58,984 nucleotides of DNA from Octopus sinensis (GCF_006345805.1 NW_021833577.1:1-58984); one strand, 5' to 3'. Shown: positions 12,051 through 26,666, numbered from the stretch's first letter. The notes: generated by a model from the sequence alone, not told the origin. Numbers and translations are program-made.

Positions 12051-14257
12051 ATATATAGATATATGTATGTATCTATGCATAATTATGTGCACATAATTAT
12101 GTATAGGTGCAGGAGTGGCTGTGTGGTAAGTAGCTTGCTTACCAACCACATGGTTCCGGGTTCAGTCTTCTACTATAGCCTCGGGCCAACCAAAGCCTTG
12201 TTTGTGGATTTGGTAGATGGAAACTAAAAGAAGCCCGTCGTATATATGTATATATATATGTGTGTGTGTGTGTTTGTCTCCCCCAACATCGCTTGACAAC
12301 CAATGCTGGTGTGTTTACGTCCCCGTAACTTAGCGATTCAGCAAAAGACATCGATAGAATAAGTACTAGGCTTACAAAGAATAAGTCCTGGGTTGATTTG
12401 CTCAACTAAAGGCGGTGCTCCAGCATGGCCACAGTCAAATGACTGAAACAAGTAAAAGAATAAAAGAGTATACATTTACATGGCTTTGTGGTTAGGTGCA
12501 TGGCATTGTGGTTAGGGGTGTTACACTCATGATTGTAAGATTGTGGTTTCAATTCCTGGACAAGGTGATGTATTGTGTTCTTGACTAAAACTTTTCGTTT
12601 CACATTGCTCCAGTCCAGTCAACAGGCAAACTTGAGTAATATCCTGTGACGGGCTGGTGTCCCATCCATAGGGTGGGGTGGTGTGAGAATCTGGAAAAAC
12701 AGCTCTACAAGCTTTAGGCTCGGGAAGCACTGCATATATATACACAAACACACTGATGAATACACACATGGATGGCTACAGTATGTCACACCACTGTTTC
12801 CACACCATATGAACCTGATAGTGTAACAGATGTGGTTGAGTTGACCTTGGCATAGTTCAGCTGAGAAAAGTATAAAATAGAACACACACACCGTTTCATA
12901 TATGCATGAACACATGCTATGTGCCAAACTAATGAGAGTGCTTCTATGCAGTTGCTTTATCTGCTAGAATTAGCACTGAAATGCCCCTCATATGACATGA
13001 TGTGACCTTGAACAAAAGTGAAGGTCAAATCAGGTAACATATTGATAAGAAACACCTTAAAAAAGCTAAAATAAAAGGGGATGGTCTCAGCTGGACTACC
13101 TTCAGACATGGGTCTGTCCTATCAGAGCTGACCTGGGGTTAAACAGCCACAACAACAACAAAGAGTGCAGTTTGTTGTTTATTAGTGGTGGGGGGGTCAA
13201 CTTCTGGGTATAAAAAATGTTTATATAATTGTACTCGGGTGGCTGAGAGGGGGTGTGAGTGAGTGTGGTCACACCGAGTGAACTTCTGTGTGAGTGTGAG
13301 TGTGCGTCTGGGTATGCCTGTGTCTGAGTGTGTGTGTCTGTGAGTGGCACAGCTGTGTATGTGTGTGTGTGTGTATGAGTGTCACAGCTGTGTTTGTGTG
13401 CATATGTGTATGTGTGTGTGTGTCTACATCGAAGTGTGTGTTTGTGTGCATATGTGTATGTGTGTGTGTGTCTACATCTAAGTGTGTGTTTGTATATGTG
13501 CATGCATGTGTATGAGTGTTTGTGTTTATGTTTCTATATGCTTGTGTCTGTGTGTCCATATGTATGTGTATGAGTGTCTGTGTTTTATACTTCTAAATGT
13601 GTGTCTATGTGTGTGTATGAATATGCCACAGCCATGTATGTGTGTATATGAATGTGCAACAGCCATGTGTGTGTGTGTGTGTGTGTGTATGTGTGCCAGA
13701 GCTGGCTGTACCTGACATCCTGTCTATTTACCTGCTGAAGAACTTATGATATTTATCTATCTACTTACTTTATCATTATCATTTTTACTTAGAGGAAACA
13801 AGGGCAACACCTCTCGCACTTCACTCTCCCCCAGGGCCTTCAGCAACAGAAGTGGGAGAAGCAAGGAAGTTATTCCCAAATCAGAGATCTGACCCAAATA
13901 CCTACAACTTACTGGTCCCCACTAAAACTAACCGAGGAAGGGACTGTGTGGTAATGTTAAAATGAATGAAAAAGTTTACCATACAAACGCAAGAATTGTT
14001 CCGCTTATGGGATTCCATATAGTTTCAGTTTTTGTTTTTTTTTTTTTTTGTTATAAATACCAAGTTTCACTACGGTGATGATTGCAGTTCTTCATGTTTA
14101 AAGATTATGAGGAGGAAGAGGAAGAGGAGGAGGAGGGGGAGCTGTGTACGTGGAGAGTTGAACGTGCCACTGCCAGTGTCTGCCAGTACCAATCATTTCT
14201 GGGGTCTTCACCATTGCTGCAATTTAGATTTTGTGACCCTTAAGGATTTAGATTATT

Positions 14258-14627
14258 GTGGAGGCATGGTGGCTTAGTGGTTAGGAGTGTTGGACTCATG
14301 ATCGTAAGATGGTGGTTTCAATTCCTGGACTGGGCGACACATTATGTTCTTGAGCAAAACACTTCGTTCATCGTTGCTCCAGTTCCACTCAGCTGGCAAA
14401 AAATGAGTAACCCTTCAGGGGTTGTATTCCCGTCCGGGTGGGGAATACAAACGCCATGAAACTATGAAACCAGCACTAGGTGTTTATATGACTCAGGAAA
14501 GAACTTCATTTTGTGGAGGTGCATGGCTTAGTGGTTAGGGTGTTGGACTAATGATTGCAAGATGGTGGTTTCGATTCCTAGACTATGCAATGCGTTGTGT
14601 TCTTGAGCAAAACACTTCATTTCATTT

Positions 14628-14658
<31 letters not shown>

Positions 14659-15600
14659 TGTGTACAGTGCTCAGGTGCACTACAACTCATCTAAAGTGTA
14701 TATATAAATCAGGTGTAGTTTCGGCGGATTTCGGAAAGCATGAGGGCCTTAAAGATGCAGTGTCATGGCAGTCAACAACTGACGCAGGCAGTTTATTCCC
14801 ATCTTCAGCAACTCTGAGCGTGAAAAAATGTTTCCGAAAGTCATGGGAGCTGTATTGTTTTCTGACTTTGTAGCATGTCCACGTGTGTTAACACATGGAG
14901 ATCAAAAAGGTGTGTTCAGTGTTGTTGTTGGTGAGGTGGTTGATAACTTTGTGGGTGTTTACCAAGTCCGTCGCCAAACGCCGGAGCTTCAGTGAATCCA
15001 TGCCCAGGGAAACAAGGCGCTCAGAATATGGTAGGTGTCTGATGGAGGGTATGCGTTTGGTTGCACGTCTCTGGACAGATTCCAGGAGGTCAATGTTCTG
15101 GCAAGATAGGGGTTCCAAACTGATGATGCGAATTCAAGTGTGGTCGTACCATAGCTGTATACGTTTTAATAGATGGCTGGAGAGCGGCTAACAAAAGACC
15201 TGCTGAGTGATGCCAGTCCACTCAGCTGGCAAAAATGAGTTATCCTGCGACAGACCAGCGTCCCATCCAAGGAGGAATATATATGCCATGGAACCAGGAA
15301 TCCAGCCTTATGAGTCTATATGACTCAAGAAGGAATTTTATTTTGTGGAGGCACGTGGCTTAGTGGTTAAGGTATTGGACTCTTGATAATAAGATTGTGG
15401 TTTCAATTCCTGGACAAGGTGATGCATTGAGTTCTTGAGCAAAGCACTTCATTTAACATTGCTCCAGTCCACTCACCTGGCAAAAATAAAGACTACATGT
15501 GACGGACTGGCATCTCATCCAGGGGGTAATATATATGCCATGACAACAGGTAACAGGCCCTTATAAGTTGGTGTGACCCAGTAAGGACCTTCATCCTTTT
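14258..15600 (+). mobile_element. Three tandem tRNA-derived SINEs (family D); middle copy split by a CR1 fragment
   Basis: Heads TGTGGAGG..TGGCTTAGTGGTTAGG..GGTTTCRATTCC at ~14258, 14512, 15344, each followed by CTTGAGCAAAACACTTCATTTCA. Related copies at 3383, 12495 and 39425-39723(-). Confidence 0.78.
14634..15215 (-). mobile_element. CR1-group LINE 3' fragment (frameshifted), inserted in a SINE
   Basis: LESVQRRATKRIPSIRHLPYSERL..LRR motif, short 3' UTR and (ATT)n tail; near-identical to 18779-19297. Confidence 0.88.
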
Positions 15601-16159
15601 ATCTATTATTCAGACTACCCTGTCAAATGAAATGCTTATTTATTCCCATTGTTTTTGAATTAACCATGCATTATCTCATAGGTTTGAGGTTCCCCTGATG
15701 TGATTGTGCATTTCTCAGAATGACATTGTAGGATATGTGCGAGAGGCCGGATCTGGTCAGTTTGAACATAAAACAATCAGAATATTTTGGCCTGATGTGG
15801 CCAGTTTAAATACTAAAGGGTTAAAGTATGAAACCTGAAGGTGTGACCACAGGGGCTCAGCAGGCCAAGACAGCTGCAGTGACCAGCAAACTGTAGGTTT
15901 TACATTGGAATGGCCTTCTCCTTGGTGGATTGTCTCTGGCCAGAAGGATCTGCTGAGTTGCCTGTATTGCTACGAGCATAAGAGACATGAAACCAATCTT
16001 TTGTTCTTTTGCTAGTTTCAGTCATTAGACTGTGGCCATGCTGGGGCACCGCCTTGAAGAATTTGTAGTCGAAGGAATCAACCACAGTACATATATTTTG
16101 GTTAAGTTACGGGGACGTAAACACACCAACATCAGTTATCAAGCGATGGTAGGGGAGGA

Positions 16160-16194
<35 letters not shown>

Positions 16195-16279
16195 CAGGCT
16201 TCTTTCAGTTTCTGTCTACCAAATCCACTCACAAGACACTTGCCCAGGCTGTTATAGAAGACATATAGATAGATAGATC

Positions 16280-16339
<60 letters not shown>

Positions 16340-16344
16340 TAGAT

Positions 16345-16389
<45 letters not shown>

Positions 16390-16391
16390 AG

Positions 16392-16439
<48 letters not shown>

Positions 16440-16445
16440 TAGATG

Positions 16446-16531
<86 letters not shown>

Positions 16532-16533
16532 AG

Positions 16534-16569
<36 letters not shown>

Positions 16570-18642
16570 CACACACACACACATTGTATTAGAGTACATC
16601 ATACCTCCATCATGAATAATAAATAGTTTTCTTTACTGATGCTGAGATGTGGTTTGAAGTTCAATAATTGATAACGGTTTGTGTGTGTGTGCGCGCGCGC
16701 ATGCATTGCTGTATGTGTAAACGTCAGTGCACGCGCATGTACGCGCGACCGCGTTTGTGACGGTGTCTGTAAAGTCTGTGTGTGTACAAACAGACGTACG
16801 TATGTGTATGTATACGTTTATATATATCTATATATAGTATGTGTTTGTTGTGTGTGTGTGTGTGTGTACACGCGTGCATGCAGGTATGTGTATATGCGCG
16901 TGTGTGTGTGTATATGCGTGCATGCAGATGTCCGTGTATTTGTGTGTGTGTGTATATATATACATAAACACACACACATTCAAACGTCTATTAGCGTATA
17001 TATATGTGAATATATATATACACACACGCACACATTCAAACGTCTATGTAGCGTGTATGTATGTTTCTTTTTACCTGTATACGTGTGAGTGAGTGTATGT
17101 GTGTGTGTGTGTGAGTGTGTGTGTGAGTGTATGTATATGTGTGTGTGTGTGTTGGCGATGTCGGCGTCGTTTTTCTATATTTTCGATGTACAACAACAAA
17201 AAGAAAACCCAATTTTTTACGTTTGTCAACATTGCTTGAGAGATTGGCAGCTCGTCAATCTACCCCCTCTTTATGTTTTTCTGCCCTGGTTTTTTGCTGA
17301 CCCTTAACATTTATTAATCACCCTAACAGGGGTCAGTCACAGGGACGTCTTGGGATTATGTAGTCTTAATAGTAATAAGTATACACGTATGTTTATAAAG
17401 GGGGCAAAAGTTTTTGAAAAAAAAAGCAAACGTCTTTCATCATAAGGGCTGCTGCTACTGTGACTGCTGCTGCTACTGTTGTTGTTGTTGTTTGTATCTA
17501 GCCTGACCTAGGGTTGAACGACTTCTCAGGTAACTTCTACTACTACTACTACTACTACTACCACTACTACCACTACCTTCGCAAAAACACAACCATTGCC
17601 GCCTTCACCATCGCCATCGTCTCTACCACCACCTACAAGTACAGTTGCAACACTCAACAAAACTACTACTACTACTACAACCTTGACCAACACAACCATT
17701 GTCACCACCACCACTACTACTACTACTACTGCTGCTGCTACTACTACCACCACCACCTCCACCCCAACCATCACTACTACTGCCTTTGCCAACATAACCA
17801 TTGCCACCACCCTACCACCACCACTACTACTACTGCTACTACTGCTACTACTACTACTACTACTACTACTGCTGTGGTACTACCACTACCATCTTTACCA
17901 ACACAGCCACCTCTGCAACAACCACTGTTGCTTTCACCACCACCACCACCACCACCACCACCACCACCACCACCATACTACTACTACTACTACTACTGCT
18001 GCTGCTTCTGCTGCTACCACCACCACTCCATTTCTAAATTGTTAGTTTTGTGCAAGAAGTGTTAATTAGTTTAAGATAGAGAAAAAGGGGGCTGAAATCC
18101 TAATATAATCATGTTTAAACCCTGCTAACCTCTCTAAGGAGAGAGGAGGACCCTAACATCATTTCATAGCTCACCCCTTCATCATTAACCCAGCTGACCC
18201 CTATGAGGTGGGAGGGACCCAACATCTTTTCCTGTTGACCAGTTCTATCTTTGTCTTTTTCCCCCTATTTGTCCCCTTTATTTAATTTTATTTACACTTA
18301 TCTTTTGTTTCTTTCTTTATTTCCCCTTTCCTCTGTCTCAGTGGGTCTCAACTGGGGTTCATGTGACTTTTAGGTGTCCACATAAGAGATTTTTGTTGTT
18401 AAAATTCATCTGCAATAAATGGGTTATGCTTCTGCGATACACAAAATATTTGAGCAATTTTGTTTTTAAATATAATTCCTAATCATTTTTAGATCACCGT
18501 CGTCGTCGTTGTCATCGTCATCGTCATTGTCATTATCGTCATCATCATTTAGCATCTAACGTCCATGCTGGCATGGGTTTGAAGGTTTGACCAGAGCTGG
18601 GGAGCGGCACCCAATTCCAGTCTAACTTGGCATGGTTTCTAC

Positions 18643-19400
18643 CAGGGCTGTGGAATCGAAATAAAAAACTCCGACTCTGACTCCTGTACTATTGGCAATT
18701 CCAACTCCGACTCCACTTTATGTAATTGAGTGATTGTGGTCTACATATCACATAAAGCTTATGCATACGCTTGTACTTTAATAATAATAATTGTGTACAG
18801 TGCTCAGGTGCACTACAACTCATCTAAAGTCTATATATAATCAGGTGTAGTTTCGGCGGATTTCGGAAAGCATGAGGGCCTTAAAGGATGCAGTGTCATG
18901 GCAGTCAACTACTGACGCAGGCAGTTTATTCCATGCTTCAGCAACTCTGAGCGTGAAAAAATGTTTCCGAAAGTCATGGGAACTGTGTTGTTTTCTGACT
19001 TTGTAGGCATGTCCACGTGTGTTAGACACATGGAGATCAAAAAGGTGTTCAGTGTTGTTGTTGGTGAGGTGGTTGATAACTTTGTGGGTGTTTACCAAGT
19101 CCGTCGCCAGATGCCGGAGCTTCAGTGAATCCATGCCCAGGGAAACAAGGCGCTCAGAATATGGTAGGTGTCTGATGGAGGGTATGCATTTGGTTGCACG
19201 TCTCTGGACAGATTCCAGGAGGTCAATGTTCTGAGCAAGATAGGGGTTCCAAACTGATGATGCGAATTCCAAGTGTGGTCGTACCATAGCTGTATACAGC
19301 TATGAGTCAGCCTATATGTTATAACTGGTTTATATTCAAGAAGAAAGATATTTTGAGTCGGAGTCAGTAAAACTATACTGACTCTGACTCTACAGCCGTG
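18643..19400. mobile_element. hAT-type MITE (interrupted by the CR1 fragment)
   Basis: TIR CAGGGCTGTGGA...TCTACAGCCGTG, subterminal (GACTCC/GGAGTC)n, 8-bp TSD GTTTCTAC (18635-42) / GTTTCTAT (19401-08). Confidence 0.8.
18779..19297 (-). mobile_element. CR1-group LINE 3' fragment with open ORF2 C-terminus
   Basis: VRPHLEFASSVWNPY...LESVQRRATK...TRGHAYKV...RKHFFTLRVAEAWNKLP, the CR1 ORF2 C-terminal signature. Confidence 0.9.
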
Positions 19401-19601
19401 GTTTCTATTGCTGGATGCCCTTCCCAACACCAACCACTTGACAGAGTGTGCTGGGTGCTTTTACATGGCAATGTATGAGCACTTTTACATGACTATAAGG
19501 GTCCTTTTAAATATTGAATGGCTATAAGGGTCCTCCAAGTCAAATCAATGGCTCTCAACCAGGAGAATTTATGCAAGATGTTGTTAGAATTTATCTGCAA
19601 T

Positions 19602-19760
19602 AATTATGTTTTTATTCAACATATTCCCCTCTCAGATTCATAAACTTATTGCAGTGGCCCTTCAGTTTTTCTAAGCCCTATAAAAGAACTCAGAAGGTTA
19701 GGCCTCCAGCCAGGCCTTTCGTGATACCCTTAAAGCCAGGAACCTTTCACCACCACCTTG
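19602..19760 (-). mobile_element. Mariner-derived MITE (partial)
   Basis: Reverse strand encodes GLEKLKGHCNKFMNLRGEYVE*; one TIR retained. Confidence 0.7.
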
Positions 19761-19929
19761 TATGTATGTATGTATGTATGTATGTGTTTATGTTTGCACT
19801 CATGTATATATGTAATTAATTAATTAAGTAATTTCTGAAACATGAGCAAGTACACTTGTATACACCAAATTTTGGGTATGTAGAAATAATCTTGTTTAGC
19901 AAAATATGTGTGTGTGTATACATATTTAA

Positions 19930-19990
<61 letters not shown>

Positions 19991-20005
19991 ATATATATAT
20001 AATAT

Positions 20006-20054
<49 letters not shown>

Positions 20055-21848
20055 GCAGGAGTGGCCGTGTGGTAAGTAGCTTGTTTACCAACCACATGGT
20101 TCCGGGTTCAGTCCCACTGCGTGGCACCTGGGCAAGTGTCTTCTACTATAGCCTTGGGCCAAGCAATGCGCCTTGTGAGTGGATTTGGTAGACGGAAACT
20201 GAAAGAAGCCCGTCGTATATATGTATGTATATATATATATATATATATAATATATATATGTGTGTGTGTTTGTGTGTCTGTGTTTGTCCCCCTAGCATTG
20301 CTTGACAACCGATGCTGGTGTGTTTATGTCCCCGTTACTTAGCGTGGCTGTGTGGTAAGAAGCTTACTTCCCAGTCACATGGTTCTCAGTTCACTCCCAG
20401 TGCATGGCATCTTGGGCAAGTATTTTCTACTATAGCCTTGGGCTGAAAGAAGCCTGTTGGATATATGTGCATATATTTGTTTGTTTGCGTCTGCGTTTGT
20501 CCCACCATCATCGCTTGGCAACCGACGCTGGCGTGTTTATGTCCCCGTAACTTAGTGGTTCAGCAAAAGACACCAATACTACTAACAAAGAATAAGCCCA
20601 GCCCAGGGGTCAATTTGTTCGACTAAAGGCAGTGCTCCAGCATGGCCACAGGCAAAATCGCTGAAACAAATAAGAGTAAAAAAAATAAAGATATATGTGT
20701 GTGTGTGTGTATGTACTCTTATCTATGTACCCCTCTATCTCAATATATATCTAGGCATAAAGCAGTGAGCTGGCAGAAACATTAGCAGGCCGGGCGAAAT
20801 GCTTAACAGTATTTCGTCTGTCTTTACATTCTGAGTTCAGATTTTGCCAAGGTTGACTTTGCCTTTCATCCTTTCAGGGTCGATAAATTAAGTACCAGTT
20901 GCGTACTGGGGTCGATCTAATCGAATGGCCACCCCCTCCCCCGAAATTTCAGGCCTTGTGCCTACAGTAGTAGCAAAGAATGTATATCTATACATATTCA
21001 CATATACATGTACACACACTGACACATATTCACATACACACACACACACACACATATATGCATATATATATATATGTATATATACATACACACTATCTTG
21101 GGGGTCTAATTCTTCATACTATCAACCTCTTCATACCTCTTCCCTACAGAGAAGTCAATGTCCTAGAATCTGAGAATCTGATGTGACAGCCTTTTTTTCT
21201 CCCCCCCCTCTTTCTGCCCTAAATTCACCACCCTGCCCTGGATCTGCCAACACCACCACCCCACCACTACTTCTGCTCCTTGGGGTCCATGTACTACTAA
21301 CAACTCACGTCCCTCTTTTTTTTTTTGTTTTTCCACTCATCATGTTATCATCCATCATGATGTAATAACAACCTCTTCTACAAACATATATCAGTTTCTT
21401 GCAGACATATGTAAGGGGAATGGTTATGGTGGTGGTGGTGGTCGTGGTGGTGATGGTGGCAGTGGTGGTGGTGGTGATGGTGATGGCAGTGGTGATGGTT
21501 GTCGTCTTGGTGCGTTAGAGGGGAGGTCATTGTGGGGTCCACGTTGGCATTGGTGATGGTAACGGTGATAGTGGTTAGTGGTTAGTGATAGTGGTGGTGG
21601 TGGTGATAGTGAAAATGGTTATGATGATGATGATGATGATGGCCATGTGAATGTAGTGATGTTGGTGACGAACATGATGATAGTGATGCTGGCGATGATG
21701 ATGATGAGGGTGGTGGTGGTAATGATGACAACACAATGACGATGATGACAGTGAGGAGAAGGACGAGGAGCAGGTTAAATGATGATATAAGATGATGGTG
21801 GTGGTGGTGGTGTTGGTGTTGATTGTGATGATGATGATGACGATGTAA

Positions 21849-21879
<31 letters not shown>

Positions 21880-21925
21880 GTCATGTTGATTGTGCTGATG
21901 ACGATAAAGATGGTGATGTTGTTTG

Positions 21926-21966
<41 letters not shown>

Positions 21967-22369
21967 GTCATGTTGATTGTGCTGATGACGATAAAGATGG
22001 TGATGTTTGTGATGATGATGATAATGATGATGATGATGATGATGATGATTAACTTGCATGTCACATTTCATCTCCCCTAGGGCCCATGACAGATATTTAT
22101 TTGGATTGGTGCTGTGTGTTATTTAACTAACCAACTGGGGTGTTCATACTTGCCAATAAACCCAATCTTTTACAAGGTCAGTAGCAAACCCAATTACGTC
22201 CCAAATGAAAAATGAAAAAGTCAAAAAAAAAAAAAAAAAAAAGAAAAAGAAAGAAAAAAATTGAGTTAAGAAAACAAATTCTGTTTATTTTCCTTAAATT
22301 CTTTTTTTTTGCGTTTATTAACTTGCTATGGCGGTCCGTCACGAATATCTTTCTTTTAAGACCTAAGTC

Positions 22370-22407
<38 letters not shown>

Positions 22408-22908
22408 GAGTGAGAGAGCAGTTCATGCCATCAAAGTGACACTGGGGTAAAATATACGAAGCCCAGTATACCCATCATGACTACCCGTCTGATAAGGGTA
22501 CACCAGGCACGTGCATCACAACCATATGTGCGCAACATGGTGATCTCATATCAAGATAAACAGCGCATGACCTTGTAGGTGGGGCCCAGTTAGAATTTTC
22601 TTCAGGTTGAGTAGCCCATCCCGCTCAAAAGGTCCCTGAATAAGGGTTGTTTAAGGATGTTGAAAGAAACACCCATGTTTCCAGAGGTGAATTATTCAAA
22701 CCCCAAAGAATCCCTCTCAACACATGGCTATGATGCTCCCCCACTACTTCTGCTCGTGATCAGAGATGCACATATCGTCAGCCACTAAGGGACATGCTCA
22801 ACTGGTTAAGGTCAAGCAAATCTGTGGTATTGAGCAGAATATTTGCTGTAGCCCATCTTTTATACCAAGACAAAACAATGTACATGATAACACTTCCAAT
22901 CAGTTAAG

Positions 22909-22910
<2 letters not shown>
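22408..22910 (-). mobile_element. Non-coding ~500-bp repeat inserted in a (TTA)n microsatellite, copy 1
   Basis: Flanked on both sides by (TTA)n; second diverged copy at 24583-25126. Strand assigned from the (AAT)n tail. Confidence 0.7.
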
Positions 22911-22961
<51 letters not shown>

Positions 22962-23661
22962 TGTTGTTATTAAGGCAGTGAGCTGGCAGAGTCATTAGCA
23001 CGCCGGACGAAATGCTTAGCGGTATATTTTGCCCCGTCCTTACGTTCTGAGTTCAAATCCCACTGAGGTTGACTTTGCCTTTCATCCTTTCAGGGTCAAT
23101 AAATTACGTACCAGCGAAAGACTGGGTTCAATGTAATCGACTTGTCTCCTCTCCGGAAATTTCAGGCCTTGTGCCTTTAATAGAAAGGATTGTTATTATT
23201 ATTATTATTATTATTATCATCATCAAGGTAGCATGCTGACAATTCTGTCAGCACGCTGACAAAATGCTTAGCGGTATTTCATTTGCCGCTATGTTCTGAG
23301 TTCAAATTCTGCTGAGATCGTCTTTGCCTTTCATCCTTTCAGGGTCGATAAATTATGTACCAGTTATGCACTGAGGTTGATGTAACCAACTAGCCTCCTC
23401 CCACCAGAAAGCTTCAGGCCTTTGTGCCTATAGTAGAAAAGTGCCACTTGGCAGAATTGTTAGCATGCTAGGTAAAACGCTTAGCAGTATCTTGTTCGTC
23501 TTCGCATTCTGAGTTTGAATTCCGCCAAGGTCAACTTTGCCTTAAATCCTTTTGGGAGTGATTAAATAAGTACCAGTTCAGCACTGGGGTCAATGTGATC
23601 AACTTAACCCTCCCATGAAAGTGCTGGCTTTGTGCCAAAGTCTGAAACCATTGTTATTATT

Positions 23662-24580
23662 ATTCAGTAGTCTTCTTTTTATTGCATGCTTTCACTTCAC
23701 TGCCGAGCGCAGCTCTGTGTGCCTTGGTTATGTGCTGTGGTTTGCTGTGATGCTCTTACTTTTACTGTATTGAAAGTGTTTTATGTAGGATGTGTTAGGT
23801 GCCAAGTAGAACTATTCTCAGTATGTTATATATATTTGTTAGTCCTGGTGTTTTTGTTATCTATTTGTCTGAATTTTTTTTTTATCATATCTAATGCACC
23901 TACTGTGATAGGAACTGTTTCTGTTTTTAGACCCCACATCCGAGTTACCGCAATTTCCAGGTCTTTGCATTTTGAAAGTTCCTCCATTTCTTTTAGAGAA
24001 ACATTATCATCTGTTGATATTGATACGTTGATTAGAAAGCATTTTGTTTTGCTTGATGATTTCTGACAACTATATCCAGCATATTGGTCTTAATTTCATG
24101 ATCTGTGTGTATTGGCATATCCCAGATAATGGTTGCTTTCCCATTTTCTGTGACCTTTCCAGACATGTGCCTCTACCATCTTTTTTCTGTTCTTATTCCA
24201 TAGTGTTGGCATAGTTTCCAGTGTATATGGATCCCAACTCTGTCATATCTGTGAATATATTCCTTCTTAGCCAAGACTGGGCAGCCACAGGCAATATGAT
24301 TTATTGTTTCTTCTCCATCTCCACATATTCTACATTTACTTGTATTTCTTTTCATTACATGTATTTGGTGATTTCTGGTGAGGAGGATTTGATCTTGTGC
24401 TGCAATTAAAAATCCTTCAGTCTCTGCTTTGAGTCCTGAGCTTTTCAGCCATTCTTGGGATTTTGGTTTGTCTATTTCTTTTCTGTTTAATATTTGCCAT
24501 GAAGGGGCATTTCTTGCCATCATTTATCATGATCTGCATTGTTGCTGTTGTTATTGTTCTTCTTCTTGTTCTTATTATTA
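23662..24580 (-). mobile_element. Decayed R4/Dong-like (RLE-endonuclease) non-LTR retrotransposon 3' region
   Basis: WLKSSGLKAETEGFLIAAQDQ, zinc knuckle C-x2-C-x8-H-x4-C (CRICGDGEETINHIACGC), IIWDMPIHTDHEIK, KCKDLEIAVTRMWG; 3' end runs into (AAT)n. Confidence 0.85.
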
Positions 24581-24582
24581 TT

Positions 24583-25126
24583 GAGTGAGAGAGTAGTGCA
24601 TGCCATCAAAGTGACACTGGGGTAAAATATACAAAGCCCAATATACCCATCATGACTACCTGTCTGATAAGGGTACACCAGACACATGCATCACAACCAT
24701 ATGTGTGCAATATGGTGATATATCAAGATAAAAAGTGCATGACCTTGCAGGTGGGGCCCTGTTAAAATTTTCTTCAGGTCAAGTAGTCCAACCTGCTCAA
24801 AAGGTTCCTGAATAAGTGTTGTTTAAGGATTCTGAACGAAACAACCATGTTTTCAAAGGTGAATCATCCAAACTCCAAAGAATCCCTCTCAAAACATAGC
24901 TATGATGCTCACCCACTACTTCTGCACATGATCAGCGATGCACATAACACTTAGGGACATGCTCAACTGGTTAAGGTCAAGCAACTGACAAGAAAATCTG
25001 TGGTATTGAGCAGAATATTTACTGTAGCCTTTCTTTTATATCAAGACAAAACTATGTACAAGATAACACTTCCAGTAATTTAAGATCAGAATCCATGAGA
25101 ACCACAGTCTGGTACTGCATCAGGAC
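24583..25126 (-). mobile_element. Copy 2 of the (TTA)n-associated repeat
   Basis: Collinear with 22408-22910; abuts the R4/Dong-like fragment. Confidence 0.7.
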
Positions 25127-25367
25127 ATGGCAGAATTGTTAGCACGCCGGGTGAAATGCTTAGCGGTATTTCATCTGCCATTAAGTTCTGAGTTCAAATT
25201 TCACAAAGGTCGTCTTTGCCTTTCAACATTTCCGGGTCGATTAAATAAGTACCAGTTACGCACTGGGTTGATGTAATCAACTTAATCCCTTTGTCTGTCA
25301 GTGTTTGTCCCCTCTGTGTTTAGCCCCCTGTGGGCAATAAAGAAATAAATTATCATTATTATCATCA

Positions 25368-25417
<50 letters not shown>

Positions 25418-26628
25418 ATATTCATTTATGGTTTCCTTTCATTATAATTTTATTTCAGCTTCTTTAGTACCAGGCATCCTCCAGAGGCCAAGGGTACTTT
25501 TGTTTTGCTAAGCATTCTAACATTAATCACCACATTTATTCCATTTTAGATGGAGAGTGCTTTCCATAGTATATAGCCTGTACCCATCAAGGTTATCTTT
25601 TATTACTATTTTTATTATCATTATCATTATTATTATTATCGTTATCATCATCATTAAAGCCACAAGCTGACAGAATTGTTAGCATGCCAGACGGAATGCT
25701 TAGTGATATTTTGGTTATCTTTACATCCTGAGCTCAATTCCTGCCAGGGTCGACTTTACCTTTGGTCTATTCGGGATTGAGCGCTGGGGTCAATGTATTC
25801 AACTAACCCTTTCTCCCCACAAAATTTCAGGCTTTGTGTCTATGATAGAAAGGATTATCATTAAGAGGGCTAGACCTATATTCTTCAGAATATGCAATGG
25901 AACTATTCCATTCTGCCAATAAAGACAAGACACAGAATATTTTCTTATGATTCGCAGACACATTACAGCTGAGTAGAACTATATTATATACGTATGAATA
26001 TGCATGTGTGTGTGTGTGTGTGTGTTTCTGTATCTGCTCTAACGCAGACAGTAAGAGTCACATATACACACACATATATATACTCAGGCATCATACATTT
26101 GCCTAAAAAATCCTACTCCTGCTGGAGATCAACTTCACTTCTCTCTCTCTCTCCCCATCTCTCTTTGTACCACACACACACACGTACGTGTGTGTGTCTC
26201 TGTGTGTGTGTACTTCTCAGACTTAGAGTTATTCTTGTCATGAACATCAAGCTAACCTATATTCATATACATATATACATACATACATACATATATATGT
26301 GTATATATATATGTATATATATATATGTATGTATGTATATGAATATAGGTTAGATATACATATATATATATATGTGTGTGTGTGTGTGTATATATATATA
26401 CACACACATACATATATGTGTATATATATGTGTGTGTGCATGTACATATATATACATGTGTGTGTATATATATATATATATCTATATATATATATATATA
26501 TTATATATATATATATACTTATATAGATATATACATACATATGTGTGTGTATGTGTCTGTATATATGTACTTATATATTTTTCTATATACCCAGGCACAA
26601 AGTCATGCTTACACATACCTACATTCAG

Positions 26629-26666
<38 letters not shown>

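Noticed and set aside
14270-14335. tRNA-like sequences at SINE heads (also 3383, 10380-10447, 34914)
   Set aside because: A/B boxes are present but no complete cloverleaf, and they continue into SINE bodies; not tRNA genes.
18841-19287. 148-aa ORF as a host gene
   Set aside because: CR1 ORF2 C-terminal remnant of a 5'-truncated insertion.
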